Shown: one piece after another, positions 1 through 12,271 of the stretch
Layout of the letters: the number at the start of each line of letters is the position of its first letter
Position numbering within the stretch: the first letter of the stretch is position 1
Assembly (NCBI RefSeq): GCF_018977255.1
Contig: NW_024705384.1
Location: 1 to 50,011 of the forward strand
Origin: Callorhinchus milii
Lineage: Eukaryota
Reading direction: 5' to 3'
Length of the DNA: 50,011 bases
The notes under the pieces: generated by a model
What the model was told of the DNA's origin: nothing
Database searches by the model: none
What the model saw: only the letters and a program-made list of their open reading frames with translations
Made by a program: the position numbers and the translations under genes

Positions 1-35
1 CAACTCACTACACACAGCAGAACTAAGTGTAACGT

Positions 36-262
36 TCTAGATTTGAAGTTTTCGTGACTGCAAGGATCCATACTTTTTGGTTTTTTCGGTAAAGTCACGT
101 AGGTATAAAATAAAATAAATTAAAATGAAAACAACTAAATTAAATCACGACGTTTCGGGCGCAACACAAGCGTCCGTCTTCAGGTACCTGATTTAATTTA
201 GTTATTTTCATTTTAATTTATTTTATTTTTTACCTACGTGACTTTACCGGAAAAAAAGTATA
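36..262 (-). mobile_element. Hammerhead-containing foldback element (Penelope pLTR-like, non-autonomous), copy 1
   Basis: Inverted arms cggtaaagtcacgtagg / cctacgtgactttaccg around a minus-strand hammerhead core; shared terminal segment gatttgaagttttcgtgactgcaaggat. Confidence 0.75.
144..192 (-). ncRNA. Minimal type I hammerhead ribozyme
   Basis: Reverse complement reads CTGAAGA-C-GGACGC-ttgtgtt-GCGCCC-GAAAC-GTC-GTGA. Confidence 0.75.
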
Positions 263-755
263 AATATAACGTCGTTGGGTTTTTGTGTGTGTAGTCATTG
301 GTGACTGGGCTGAGACCATCAAATCACTGCACATTAAAACCCATTTTAATCACAGGCCTTAATTCAAAAGCCAGCATCTAAACGGTGCCACCTCAGTGCT
401 CTTATCATCTGAGCCACATTAAAGGAAAATGCAAGCCAAAAGAGAGTTGTGTTTTTGTAAGCACCTAGCCTGTGTAGCCTGGGCAGTCCAACGCATCTTT
501 GGTTATGATAGAGCTTTTAAAATTGACTTTCAGACGTGCTGCCAAAAAGCTCTAGTGATATCATTGCAGCACATTAATGTAACTGCATTGACTTGCTGCA
601 ATTATATCGCTAGTTCACGAGAGTACAAGACTTGAAGTAACTTTCAAGTATTTTGCTTGTGCGCAATTAAGTTTCAGACTCATCTCGGACAACCTGGAAC
701 ACAGAGCCTAGGTGTGTGTCCACATCATGGGACCTCCTTTGCTAGTACCAAAATA

Positions 756-1348
756 TGATAATAGGTTTTTCCACTTTTTTCTGGCAACAAAACAGCTGTG
801 TTAAGATGTTAAAACACCAAACTGAAACCTTTTAAGAGGAATCATGTCTGCATTAACCACAATGCTTGTGGTCAGAATGCAAACCAAAAATATTCTGATA
901 ATATATGCATTGTCCTTGAAACTGATTGGTCCACACCAGAGACAGCTTTCTTTTGAGCCTCGTCTCAAACGGTGTTAGACCAGAGGACGCCTTTTTGACC
1001 AGAGGACAATGCATATGTTATCAGAGTTAGTTTTTTGTTTGCATTCTGACCACAAGCATTGTGGTTAATGCAGACATGATTCCTTGTGAAAGGTTTCAGT
1101 TTGGTATTTTAACATCTTAACACCTGTTATTGGTTCTTTCGGTAAAGTCACGTACATGATGATTGCTTGTGTTGCAATCGAAACGTCGTGATAATTTTAT
1201 TGTTTTATTTTTGATATTTTATTATTTCCCTTCTACGTGACTTTACCAAAAGAACCAATAATATGAATCCCTGCAGTCACGAAAGCTTTGAATCGAAATC
1301 TTAACACCTGTTTTGTTGCGAGAAAAAAGGGGAAAAACCTATTATCAT
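756..1348. mobile_element. Foldback/MITE with ~140-bp inverted arms; right arm interrupted by a hammerhead element
   Basis: atgataataggttttt...gtggtcagaatgcaaac is the reverse complement of gtttgcattctgaccac...aaaaacctattatcat. Confidence 0.8.
1129..1297 (+). mobile_element. Hammerhead foldback element copy 2 (core degenerate) with target-site duplication
   Basis: atgatga-ttgc-ttgtgtt-gcaatc-GAAACGTCGTGA; flanked by the direct repeat atcttaacacctgtt (1114-1128, 1298-1312). Confidence 0.8.
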
Positions 1349-1754
1349 AGAAGTGTGTCTATAAGAGGCTCTCTTTTATTTGGCTGTGGATTCCTTTAAA
1401 AATATATTTCTGCCACTTTCATTGTGACGTGCAAAAGAGATTGCCGTTCACTTTCATTGTATTGGTAGCTAATTGTGTGGGTGTTGATTTTGTATGTTTG
1501 TAGTTATGCTTACGTGCGCAGTTGAGGGTACTTGTAATGCAATTATGTGTGTGTTGCGAGTAGCGTGTGTGTGGCTATCAAGGCACGATACTAATCTCCA
1601 CAAAGGGTAATGAATCCACCAAGAATTTAAGTTTTCTGTGCAATAAACAATTTCAACTCGCAATGTGCCGCACGGTATCCGCTCACTCTCGAAGACAGGA
1701 GAGAGCATGACTCGGAGGTGTGAGGAGGAACTAAAGACAAACAGGAAGGCAGCA

Positions 1755-1965
1755 GCCAGGTGGTGAGCTGGCGTGTACAATGTCTGTGGTCCTCTATATA
1801 TGAAGGTGCTTTTAGCCAATTAATGTTGCCGATATATGTGAGAGGAAACCGGAGCACCTGGAGAAAGCCTACACGTGCGAGGCGACAATACTATCCCATA
1901 CAGAGGGAACGGATCGAGTCCACATTTTTGCTTTACCGCTTTATCCTGGCGGTAAAGCCACGGGA
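1755..1965 (-). mobile_element. V-domain-like SINE fragment
   Basis: gaggaaaccggagcacctggagaaagcctacacg is the reverse complement of the V-SINE core, followed by B-box-like ggatcgagtcc. Confidence 0.55.
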
Positions 1966-2127
1966 ATGAAGTTGTTGTGACATTTGTGTGATCTGCCACC
2001 CCTCGACTCCACGGCGCTGGATTCCAGTCGTGTACCACCACCACCCAGCCATCAAGAGGTGCTCCATATTAACACTGTGCTCAGTAATCCAGGCTGACAT
2101 GAAGCGGGGCATCTGTTGCTTTCGCAG

Positions 2128-2286
2128 GTAATGGAGAGTGAAGAGTTCATGCTGCTTCCTGCCAACCAGCTCATCGACATCATATCCACCGATGAGCTAA
2201 ACGTGCGCAGCGAGGAGCAGGTGTACAGCGCCGTCATCGCCTGGGTCAAATACAACATCCAGGAGCGCCGGCCACAGCTACCCCAG
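2128..2286 (+). CDS. KLHL20: KLHL20-like exon (BACK domain)
   Basis: ttcgcag|GTA ATG GAG...CCC CAG|gtgc; [53 protein letters not shown]. Confidence 0.95.
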
Positions 2287-2519
2287 GTGCCTGCCTGTGT
2301 GCGCGCTTGCGTAACCGCTGATCGGCGGTTGTGTCCTTCCTAGGCCTCCGCTAGGTACGTGGACGCCCCTAATGTCAAGCCACTGCAGGTTGAGAGCCTC
2401 CCCATGCTGTGTATTTCGTGGAGGTTACACGACCAGATTTTGCCACGCTCGTCAGTACGGGTTAGTTCAGGTGGAGGCGAGATATTTGACCATCATTAGA
2501 CCTCCTTGCCAGTGCCAAG

Positions 2520-2750
2520 ATATAATAATAGGGTTTTTCCATTTTTTTCTGGCAACAAAACTGAAACCTTTTTTACAAGGAATCATGTCTGCATTAACCA
2601 CAATACTTGTGGTCAGAATGCAAACAAAACACACTGATAATGTATGCATTGTCCTTGAAACTGATTGGTCCACACCAGAGACGGCTTTCTTTTGAGCCTC
2701 GCCTCAATTGGTGAGTGTTGCCAGAAAAAAGGGGAAAATCCTATTATTAG
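2520..2750 (+). mobile_element. Internally deleted copy of the 756-1348 foldback element
   Basis: Near-identical to 757-968 and closed by the terminal arm ccagaaaaaaggggaaaatcctattat. Confidence 0.8.
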
Positions 2751-3384
2751 ATGTGTTACCAGTTTAGCACAACAGTTGATCTTGCTGCACTGCCATCTGC
2801 TGGTATCATAGCACATTATCACCCGATAACAATCTGTTCTACGTAGCTTGGTCGTCCCTCAATCAATCAAATAATCACTTCTTCCTGAAACTAAATTTGA
2901 TGCTTTTATTGTGAGCGTAAGAACCTGTTTTGAAATCAATTATTTAGTTCATCCCCACCTAGTAGAGCGGGGAGCTCATGCTTGACAACATAAAAGCACA
3001 TAAAGCACACACAGTAGAGGTAACTATATCGCTCCTCTTGCTGATCGTAATAGGATACAGTGGCTGCACGACGACAAAACTGCCCCCCTCGCGTATGAAT
3101 GCACAACTTCCACCACTGGCTTAGGGCCGCCCACATTGATGAGCACCAGCCAAATCTCGTGTGTGCTTTAATAGTGTCATTAACCAGGTGACATCTTCTG
3201 TAGCCCCCCCCCGCCCGCTCCCAGCGCCAGCATTGTGTCTCACCAGCCGTGTCTCAACAGAAGTCCCCCCCCCTACTCCACAATCCCTGCCCCCTGCATC
3301 TCTCCTCCCTCTTTACCTTATATAATCACTTGTCACAAACAGCTGTCTTTGCCCACTACAGTAATGTTTGTTTCTTACTGTGGT

Positions 3385-3522
3385 TGTCCCACCTGATGAC
3401 GGAAGCTTGTGTTGCTTCCGAAACGTGGTGATTTAATTTGGTTATTTCTATTTTTTATTTTTATTCTTACATTTTATTTTAATGTTTCACCTACGTAACT
3501 TTACCGAAAGAACCAATGAGTA
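3385..3522 (+). mobile_element. Hammerhead element copy 3 (cleavage triplet GUG, predicted inactive)
   Basis: cac-CTGATGA-C-GGAAGC-ttgtgtt-GCTTCC-GAAAC-GTG-gtga followed by the ctacgtaactttaccgaaagaaccaa arm. Confidence 0.75.
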
Positions 3523-4014
3523 TAGTGGCAACAGTGTGTGACTATTCGTCTTGTTGAAAATGTATTACAGTCTAGATAGCAGTGGAATAGTATTCTGAAA
3601 ACGCACTGACGCAATCGCATCATCTCAGCCCGAATTCCTTGCCACACACACGGGGCGCATGGTTCTTGATTATATCCCCTCTCCTCTAGGTTAACTCGAC
3701 CTAAAATGAGTATCCAGTGTTTGTGTTATCACTACTTGGGTAGCAAAGGTGTATGTGTGATGCCAAACAAAAAAGCTCCGCACATGTGTCTAAGCAGCCG
3801 GTTTGTCTATAGGAAGGCCTGTGTCTTGTTTGTGTATGGGTGTATCAATCTGGACAAAGTCCCGTCTGTGGATCTCTCTCGCAGGCAATGATTCAATCCA
3901 ATTAAACCATACAATGTATATCTGTATAGCATCTAAATGCAGCTGCATCTCAAGATGCCGTACTTTTGCTATTGCCGTATAAGGTTAAGCGAGGGATCTT
4001 CTTCTCCGTGTGTG

Positions 4015-4335
4015 TGTGCGTTAGTGTAACGGTTATCACGCTAGGCCTCCCCTAGGTCGACTCGGCCTCAAACGAGTACCTGGTGCGGTTTGTAAACATC
4101 ACCACTGCAGAGGCAAAGGTGCCGGGTGTCGTGTTGGCCACCCACCCCCTTGTGTGTCGTGCCGGTCTTCATAGGGGCTCGCGAACAGCACTTGCTCAAT
4201 GAAAAATAAGAATAGGTTCTACCCTTTCTGGCAATAAAACAGGAGGTGTTAGGATGTTCAAACACCAAATACTGGTAAAGAAGGTCCCATGATAGCACTT
4301 GCTCTAACAGTCTGTTAAAGGCTATACGGGGGATC
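4015..4335 (+). mobile_element. tRNA-derived SINE (core gtcgactcggcctcaaatgagtacc) with a small internal insertion
   Basis: Same core and tail (gcacttgc...aacagtctgttaa..gctatac.gggg) as the copies at 8610, 10590, 11545, 12550, 31210 and 32065. Confidence 0.75.
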
Positions 4336-4350
4336 GTTGTCTTTGTGTAG

Positions 4351-4445
4351 GTGCTGCAACACGTCCGTCTGCCCCTGCTCACACCCAAGTTCCTGGTGGG
4401 CACAGTGGGGACGGACCTTCTGGTGAAGAGTGACGAGGCATGCAG
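4351..4445 (+). CDS. KLHL20: KLHL20-like exon (BACK domain)
   Basis: tgtgtag|GTG CTG CAA...TGC AG|gtag; [31 protein letters not shown]. Confidence 0.95.
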
Positions 4446-5199
4446 GTAGCCGGCCACGCTGTCACGAGTGGTGGTGCGTGTTTTCCGTGAAACCCACGGG
4501 AGGCTGCCATGCCAATTTCCGCGTCGTCGGCTGAACAGGATTCGCAGAAAATCACGAATGTTGGGATACATTTTACGTGAACATCAAAACCTTCACCTTG
4601 GCAGGAAGGTGATGTATTGTTTCCGTGGTCACTGCCGTGACTTCTTTTGTGACATTTTCCGCAAGTCAGAATCTTTGATCAAGTGAGCAATGGGGCTTGA
4701 GCTCACCTCGTTTGAAGGCAGAGCCAGTAGTCGGGATATCACATTCGGAATCAGAATCTTTATTTAGACTGGAGGAATCCGATGAGCTTTGACGCTCTTT
4801 TTAACAGACGTCCAGTTTGGGTCGGTCTATTGTACACGCCAGTCTCTACATCGGATCACCACTGTGGACATGCCACAAACGGTACGTGCTGTATCCATGG
4901 TGGAGGAAAGATAGGCTGAGTGGACCCCGGAATTTGATGTAATACTTGAATATCCTTTAATTACACCTACACAATGGTACTACTCAAAATAACTAGGCGA
5001 GTCAGGAACGCAGATGCGTAAATTTGATACTCCTGCGAACATGTACACTCACAATGATACCGTTAATTATATATAATCACAGGTTTGTTTTCCTGCTACT
5101 GACAAGAAGGATCTACGTTTTTTGACCAAAGAAGGCAAGCGAGCTTGAACGATGAAATGAAAAAATAACTTATAATTTCAACAAAAATCAACTACACAT

Positions 5200-6316
5200 T
5201 CCACCCACTTCTATTAACAGGACCCTGCGGGGTGGGCTGGTAGGAATAATACTAATACCGGTACAGGGATATCGACCGGGTATAGAGGAGTTAAAAAGAA
5301 AATGATTTGTGCATGGGGGGTGAGCGATGACGTCCACACCCCCTCCCCACTGTCTCGCGCGCCCACAGACGATGACGTCCACACCCCCCTCCCCACTGAC
5401 TCGCGCGCCCACAGAGCAAGGATTGCAACAGGCGATGTCATTGGCTGCGCCGGATGCGACGGCCATCTTGTTTAGTTCATTTAGTTCACGGATCGCAGGG
5501 GGAGCGGGCGGCCATCTTGTCGGACAGACGGACGGCCTCGCGAAGCCTGTCGCAGTAGGCCTCGCGAAGCCTCCTGCACTAGGCCTCGTGAAGCCTCCTG
5601 CAGTAGGCCTCGCGAAGCCTTCTGCACTAGGCCTCGCGAAGCCTTCTCTGCAGTAGGCCTCGCGAAGCCTTCTCTGCAGTAGGCCTCGCGATGCCTTCTC
5701 TGCAGTAGGCCTCGCGAAGCCTGGTGCACTAGGCCTCGCGAAGCCTCTGCAGTAGGCCTCGCGAAGCCGCGCTTTTCGTGCACAAATAAGGCGATTAAAT
5801 GTATCTCGTCTCTGTGTTAATAAGCCTGCCGCACTAGGCCTCGCGAAGCCTGCCGCACTAGGCCTCGCGCCGTGCTTTTCGTGCACAAATAAGGCGATTA
5901 AATGTATCTCGTCTCTGTGTTAATAAATGTTTCTTGTCTCTGTGTTAAAAAAGTGCTGCGTTTCAATAAAGTAATTATTTTTTTAAAACGTGCTGCGTTT
6001 CAGTAAAGTAATTTTGAAGCAAAGTTTAAAGTTTCGCCGTGAGGCGCCGGAAGCGATGGCCATCTTGTTTAGCTTTAAATGTAAATGTTGCTATTTAAAA
6101 ACATCAGGGAATGTAACATTGTAATTAAAAGCTATCTGAGGGAATTATAAGGGAATGTTACACTTGTTTAGCCAGGATAGCGTCACTGAGTCTAAAGGTT
6201 TTTGTAGGGTCATGCCAAGTGTTTGCAGTAGGGGGCGATGTTGATACACGGACGGACGGACGGATGGACACATTCATCTATTGGTGGTCTGGTCCACTTC
6301 GTTCCTACCAGTATAA
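5200..6316. mobile_element. Probable non-autonomous Helentron-associated (HINE/DINE-like) element carrying a minisatellite
   Basis: Sub-terminal inverted repeat ctggtaggaa (5237-5246) / ttcctaccag (6302-6311), a (gacg)n microsatellite near one end and a short hairpin at the other. Confidence 0.4.
5534..5870. repeat. Minisatellite with a 23-26-bp unit ggcctcgcgaagcct(tctc)tgca(g/c)ta
   Basis: About 12 visible units; produces the spurious GFARP-repeat ORFs. Confidence 0.95.
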
Positions 6317-7879
6317 TTCTGGGCTATCCATTCCCCAGCTTGGATAGACCAGTGTGAGGCATGACTACAGACTTCTTCGGGTCATACTCTTCTTAGTCGC
6401 AGCTCAGCCCTGGCTTCACATGGTGGCTCAGTTCAGGCGTGTGCTGCCGAGTTGCTTCCAGAGACGCATTAGCGGCTCGTCATCCATGGCTTGGCGCAGG
6501 AGGAAATCTTGAGCATGGCTGGGATCGTGCTCATAGGCCAGCTAAAATTAAGCACATGAATTTGAGCCATGGCCTACTTGAACCAGAGCCAAGTCTGGGC
6601 TGAGCCTTGACTAGCAATATGGGACTTTTACAGTGTTAATTATGGCTCCGTTTGACATTAGAAGATTGTGGTGACCCACACGAATCATAACAAAGGTACA
6701 GGAATCCCCCACGAAAGTTTCCGCATTGTGCATTGTTTTGCATATACGTTTCTGATTAATACTCTTATATAAGAACGCAACTTTATCTGTGATGAACGCT
6801 GCACTTTTCATCGTTTTCATGCAGGGGGTGCTGCAAACCTACGTGCCCCCTGCATGAACGACTGAGGCGCAGGGACAGACGTTCGATTACATTGGAATCG
6901 ATCTGCAGATGGCGGTCTTCTCGCACGGCCAGCAGCTCTATATCGCCTTAATTCGATCCCGCAACCCCAACAGGTGAAAGTCCGCATCGAACTGAACCCC
7001 CAGCAAGGCCATCTACTTAACGGCGAGAGAAAATTCACACGAAATGTCGTTTTCAATGAAGTCTTCCAGATGTAAAATGATATAAGCTTTTCATGAAGAA
7101 ATAAAATTATCTAATTCTAAACAATTCAAAGATGTTTAATTTAAAAACTTCAAAACGGAGCATCGGGTGCTTGCATGAATGCGTCGTTCGTGTTAAAAAA
7201 ATATTGTGACTTTCCTGGCCGAAGGCCGTAAATGGTTGTGAGGTGCGCCACAGGCGCCCCAGACAAGCCCAAGTGTCATGTTTGTCTTGTGCTTTCTGGA
7301 AAAAAAATGCATATTAGTTCTTGCGCAATTGCCTTCCTTGTTTAATAATTGTGCAAATTTTCTTTGCACGATTTTTAAAAGGAATGTATATGCATAACAC
7401 GAATGCACGAGGGAGAAAGCGGACTTTTGCGATGTAATACCGAACTTTACACGCATAGCACGTACCACCAGAACTGTACACGCATAGCATGTACCACCAG
7501 GAATCGCCAAGAGGCCTCGATCAGCAAGCTCTTAAACCATCTCTGGTATTAAGTTTTTTGTATTATTTGTATTCTTATTTAAAGCGTATGTTCACTTATA
7601 ATCATATGCTTTTTTGTACACTTCATGACATTTAGTCGCGCATTTTCGAGAAATGTCGGCTAGCAACGCAACCCCTGATTTTAACATTATGTTAATGGGA
7701 ACTTAGAGCTCGCTTTAAGTACTTTTGAGTTAAGTAGCATTTCCCAGGAACGCATCCCTTATGTATCGCGGGGGATTCTTGTATTATGCTCCTCCCCCTC
7801 CACCATCCCCCGTTTTTTTATGCTGTGCACTCGCTGCGTGCATTAATGTTTTGTTGTTTTTCTCTGTTCGTCGCTCAAG

Positions 7880-7995
7880 AGACCTCGTGGATGAAGCCAA
7901 GAACTATTTGCTTCTGCCCCAAGAAAGACCACTCATGCAGGGCCCCCGCACGAAACCCCGCAAGCCCATCCGCTGCGGGGAAGTGCTCTTCGCAG
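7880..7995 (+). CDS. KLHL20: KLHL20-like exon (BACK-Kelch linker)
   Basis: ctcaag|A GAC CTC...GCA G|gtgag; [39 protein letters not shown]. Confidence 0.95.
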
Positions 7996-8014
7996 GTGAG
8001 CTGTGATGGGATGT

Positions 8015-8160
8015 GCGCAGGTGCGGGAGGTCGTGGGTTCAATCCCGACCATGATGCCTGCTGTATATTCAGAGTTTGCATGTGTCTCTCCCCCCGTGGT
8101 GGCGTCGATTTTTCTCCAGATCCTCCAGTTTTTCCCCTGCACATGTGTTTGGAATATTTG
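8015..8160 (+). mobile_element. V-domain-like tRNA SINE
   Basis: B box ggttcaatccc followed by gagtttgcatgtgtctctcccccgtg...ctccagtttttcccc. Confidence 0.6.
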
Positions 8161-8367
8161 GCTGCTATAAATTTCCACATGATTAGCCACTTTGAGCTAT
8201 AATTTGTGGCCAGTTCGCTTCTGAAAAAGACCTATACAGCTTCGTGGGCCTTAGCAGGTAAAATTTTAATCGTTTGTTTAGTTTAATAGGTGTTTACTAA
8301 CAGAAATGACCTCAACGATCTGTTAAGGCTACAAGAGGATCTTTTCTCCCTGTCCATCACCGTGCAG

Positions 8368-8549
8368 TGGGTGGCTGGTGCAGCGGCGACGCCTTCTCCA
8401 GCGTGGAGCGCTACGACCCGCAGACCAACGAGTGGCGCATGGTGGCCTCCATGAGTAAGCGGCGCTGCGGCGTGGGGGTGGCCGTGCTCGATGACCTCCT
8501 CTATGCCGTGGGCGGCCGATGCATCCTCCTACCTCAACAGTGTGGAGCG
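8368..8549 (+). CDS. KLHL20: KLHL20-like exon (Kelch 1-2), frameshifted
   Basis: [50 protein letters not shown], then [11 protein letters not shown] in a shifted frame; AG/GT boundaries. Confidence 0.9.
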
Positions 8550-8607
8550 GTGCGTGCGAACGAGCGAGTCGGCGGGGCGATTGAGGGACGTATGAGCGAG
8601 TGCCTCT

Positions 8608-8890
8608 GTGGGGAGCGGTGGCGGTTAGCGGGCCGCGCTACGAACCCGGTGACCTGAGTTCGTTTCCCGCTCACGGCCAACACCAGTGATGATTATCTGG
8701 ACCGGTTCTGGGCGTCCCCTAGGTATACTCGGCTCAAATGAGTATGTTGTGTGTAAACATCGCCACTCGGTAGACAAAGGCGGCCAGGCGTGGTGCTGGC
8801 CACCCACCCCCTTGTGTGCCGTGCCGACCTTCATAGGTACTCGCTAGGAGCGCTTGCCCCAACAGTCTGTTAAGGCCATACTGGGGATGT
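8608..8890 (+). mobile_element. tRNA-derived SINE, near full length
   Basis: A box tggcggttagcgg, B box gagttcgtttcc, core actcggctcaaatgagta and tail aacagtctgttaaggccatactgggga. Confidence 0.8.
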
Positions 8891-10409
8891 TTGGTGGATG
8901 AGTGAGTGCTTGAGGGATGTACGTGCGAGTGCATGGTGAGTGGTGTATGATCGTAAGGCGTGGACCCCTCAGGGCGTGGAGGTATCCATGAGACGCCGGC
9001 AGGCGATCTTATCCTGCGAACGCAGTCACGCCGAGTAAAGGTTGCTTCACGAGTTTGTGAGTAGCTGAGTGCTGCTGCGTGCGAGTGGCTGCTGTGAATG
9101 AGTGGATGGTGTATGATTGACAGTGTACTGCTGTGTGAGTGCTGCTTTACTTATGAGTGATTGTGTGCTGCTGTGTATGTGAAGGCTGACCCACAGCACT
9201 CGTGTACAGACCTGAAATAGTGAACTGCTGCTTTTGATTGTGATGTTTGCTCAAGTTTTGCCATTGGTCTACATGTGCGATGCACATCAAACACAGACTT
9301 GGCCACGAGCATGCATCATACATCTATTCCACACACCTCCACCTGCTCCTCTTCTCACCTGAGCTTGCACTTGTGCATACTAATCCATGCATGCACATGC
9401 ACGGGCATTTCCACAATTTCGACGATTCCGGACGTACATTTCAGACACTTTAAAGATGCGGATAATTATTAATATAAATCATTCAGTGGCTTTTCACTTG
9501 GCCGTAAGTTAACAAAAGGATTTTAAACTGTATTCTATGTGAAACTGGAAGCCAGTGCAGGGAAGAAGAAGAAGGGGTTCTGGTCAACACCCCAGCAGCC
9601 GCATTCTGAACAAGCTGCAAATAGACCATCACCTTCTTAGCCACGCCAGCGAGTAAGACGAGCTGTCGCCTATACGAGATGAGATGGAGGCTCGGAGCAG
9701 ATTCTCTGCTTCTGAAGCAGAAATAAGGGATCGGATACGGGAGATATTCTGAAGATGGAAAAACGAAGTCTTTGTGATCTTTTTATACTGATGTTCTTAA
9801 TGAAGTATTATTTTTATTTAGGAAATAATGTTTATCACCTGTTTTATTATATTAGCGCTATTACCAGTACCCCAATAAGGCCCTCGTATATTGCTTGGAT
9901 GAAATAAGTATATACAATGGTATAATGACCCCTATTAGCGCCGAGTTCGTTTGCGCTCACTTCTCGAGGAACGCATCTTGAGCGCTAAGCAAATGCTGCC
10001 TGTCCATGCATTTAGTTGCACGTGTGTCAAACCGTTAACTTATTTAATAAATATGCATTTTGTCCCGATAAATATATGTAACTAGCTTCAATACGAGGCC
10101 CCATATGCATGGTCAGGATGATATTTGTTTATTTAGTTAGTAAAAAAGATTAAAGTTCAGCCCTGCAGTCGCTTGCGAATGTGACCGCTGGTACAAGGGC
10201 CTCACCAAGAGGGTGCGGCGCTAGAAGAGCCCCCTCTCTGAATTCGGGTAATTAGGGGGTTGGTAGTCTTCCCCTGCTGGTGAGACGTCTTGGAATCGGT
10301 GGGCCGAACACCCACGCTGTTTTCCGTCCCGCACGCGACTTGCCGATCGACTTTACCCGGTGAAACCTGACGGTGTGCTCGTCTAATCGGTGGAGCTGCT
10401 CTCGCTCAG

Positions 10410-10553
10410 CTACGACCCCAAGACGAACCAGTGGAGCAGCGACGTGGCGCCCATCAGCACGTGCCGCTCCTGCGTCGGCGTGGCTGTGCTCGCCGGATTC
10501 CTGTACGCCGTCGGCGGGAAGGACGGAGTGAACTGCCTAAATATTGTCGAGAG
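10410..10553 (+). CDS. KLHL20: KLHL20-like exon (Kelch 2-3)
   Basis: ctcag|C TAC GAC...GAG AG|gtgc; [48 protein letters not shown]. Confidence 0.95.
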
Positions 10554-10589
10554 GTGCGTACTCGTGCATGCGTGCGCATGCGTGTGTTT

Positions 10590-11262
10590 GTGGAGCGGTT
10601 CGCGCGCCCGCTGCGTTAAGATCCCGGCGACCCGAGTACTATTCCCGAGGTCGACAGAGACTCAAACGAGTAGCTGGAGAGATGTGTAAATATCACCACT
10701 CGGGAGACAAAGGCGGCCGAGTGTGGTGCCGGCCACCCACTCCCTCGTGTGCCGTGCAGACTTTCATAGGTGCTAACACTGGTCAACACACTTTTTCTGG
10801 CGTAAGGTATTCCAACGGTTTTAAGGTAATTTTGGGGTGCTGATTCCAAATCTGTTTTTGTCTATCACATGAGGTTTTTGAGATATCAAAGATTGCATTT
10901 TCAATCAAAACTGCAGAAGAAAAATATTAAATAAATGTGGATATCTACATAAAATGATATTATAAACACACTATCCTAAACATACAGCACCGTATTTTAA
11001 CACTAAAGCAGTCACTGACTCGCAACAACTTGCAATCATAAGTGACAGAGTTGATTTCGGGTAAAATCAATGAAAATGGGGTTCGCCGATAGCATCAAAT
11101 GAGATGTGAGAGAGAAAATCAGAGATCAGATTTGGAATCCGCACCCTGAAATTAGTCTAGAACAGCTGCAAAAGTCCAGGCCAGAATTTTTTTTATTTTT
11201 GTTGACCAGTGTAATCGCTAACGGCACTTGCCCCAACAGTCTGATGAGACTATATGGGGCAG
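10590..11262 (+). mobile_element. tRNA-derived SINE split by a DNA-transposon MITE
   Basis: SINE head/core at 10590-10776 and SINE tail resuming at 11212-11262. Confidence 0.75.
10777..11211. mobile_element. Non-autonomous DNA transposon, Chapaev3/CMC-like
   Basis: 12-bp TIR cactggtcaaca / tgttgaccagtg; TAA target-site duplication (10774-10776, 11212-11214); sub-terminal IR gggtgctgattccaaatctg / cagatttggaatccgcaccc. Confidence 0.75.
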
Positions 11263-11331
11263 ATGTTTGTGTGCGTTGATCTGATCTCCCCCTGTGCGTG
11301 TGTAAATCTCTGTATGTGCACTCATCATTAG

Positions 11332-11465
11332 ATATGACCCCAAGGAGAACAAGTGGAGCCGGGTAGCATCTATGAGCACGCGGAGACTCGGGATGGCTGT
11401 GGCTGTCCTCGGGGGACACCTGTATGCAGTCGGGGGCTTTGACGGGACATCGCCTCTCGACACTG
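11332..11465 (+). CDS. KLHL20: KLHL20-like exon (Kelch 3-4)
   Basis: cattag|A TAT GAC...ACT G|gtct; [44 protein letters not shown]. Confidence 0.95.
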
Positions 11466-11541
11466 GTCTCTCTCTCGTGCCCATCTGGCTCACACAGCCA
11501 ATGCTGAGTGTTCCTGTGTGTGTGTGCATGCTGCATGTTGT

Positions 11542-11795
11542 GTGGGGAGCGGTAGCTTAGCGGTCGACTCGGCCTCAAATGAGTACCTGGTGTGGTGTGT
11601 CAACATCGCCACTGGAGAGACAAAGGCGGCCGGGCGTGGCGCTGTCCACCCACCGCAGAGTAAAACCCACATGACCACGGAGGGAGAGATGTGAAAACTC
11701 CAAAATATACAGGCGTCAGGGTTGGGTTCGATTCCACGACCTCCTGTGTACCAGGCGAGGTACGTGTTAACATCTTGCCACCGTGGTGCCATAAG
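11542..11795. mobile_element. Truncated tRNA SINE (+) abutting an inverted V-type SINE head (-)
   Basis: gtcgactcggcctcaaatgagtacc core to ~11655, then the reverse complement of the 8015-type SINE. Confidence 0.6.
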
Positions 11796-12271
11796 TGCAC
11801 CTCCACTGGTAAATATGGAGTGAAAACATTTGACAAATGACAAATAGTTGGTCATTTCTGTAGGGTGTAGAATGTTCACCTTTGGCCCAGGGACTGCCAA
11901 TGGTGATGAGCACCACCCAATGCTCACTTGAGCATTGGCTATCCTCTGTGGCTTTTGGGTCAAGGTCAGTGCCGTGCCACAAACACCACGAAAGTTGGGA
12001 AAAAACTGAAAAAGCAAACATTTCACTGGTGAGATGGAGCATGGAGTTTGAATGGGGGGAGCACTTGCCCACCAAACACTGCCACATCTAGCCAATCAGC
12101 TACTAGCACGAGCCCCCCTTCCCACGAATCCTACCCCACTTCACCAGGGCCACATCTGGCTCTTTGCACGCTTTTTCAGTTGTTGGTGTTCATCGTTTCC
12201 TTTGGTGTCGCCCCATCCAAGAGCCCGTGAAGGTACATTACGCATGGCCGTGTGTGTGTGTATGCAAACAG

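Noticed and set aside
5188..5886. 232-aa GFARP-repeat ORF, or a CRISPR-like repeat
   Set aside because: Translation of a minisatellite; the units are contiguous with no unique spacers.
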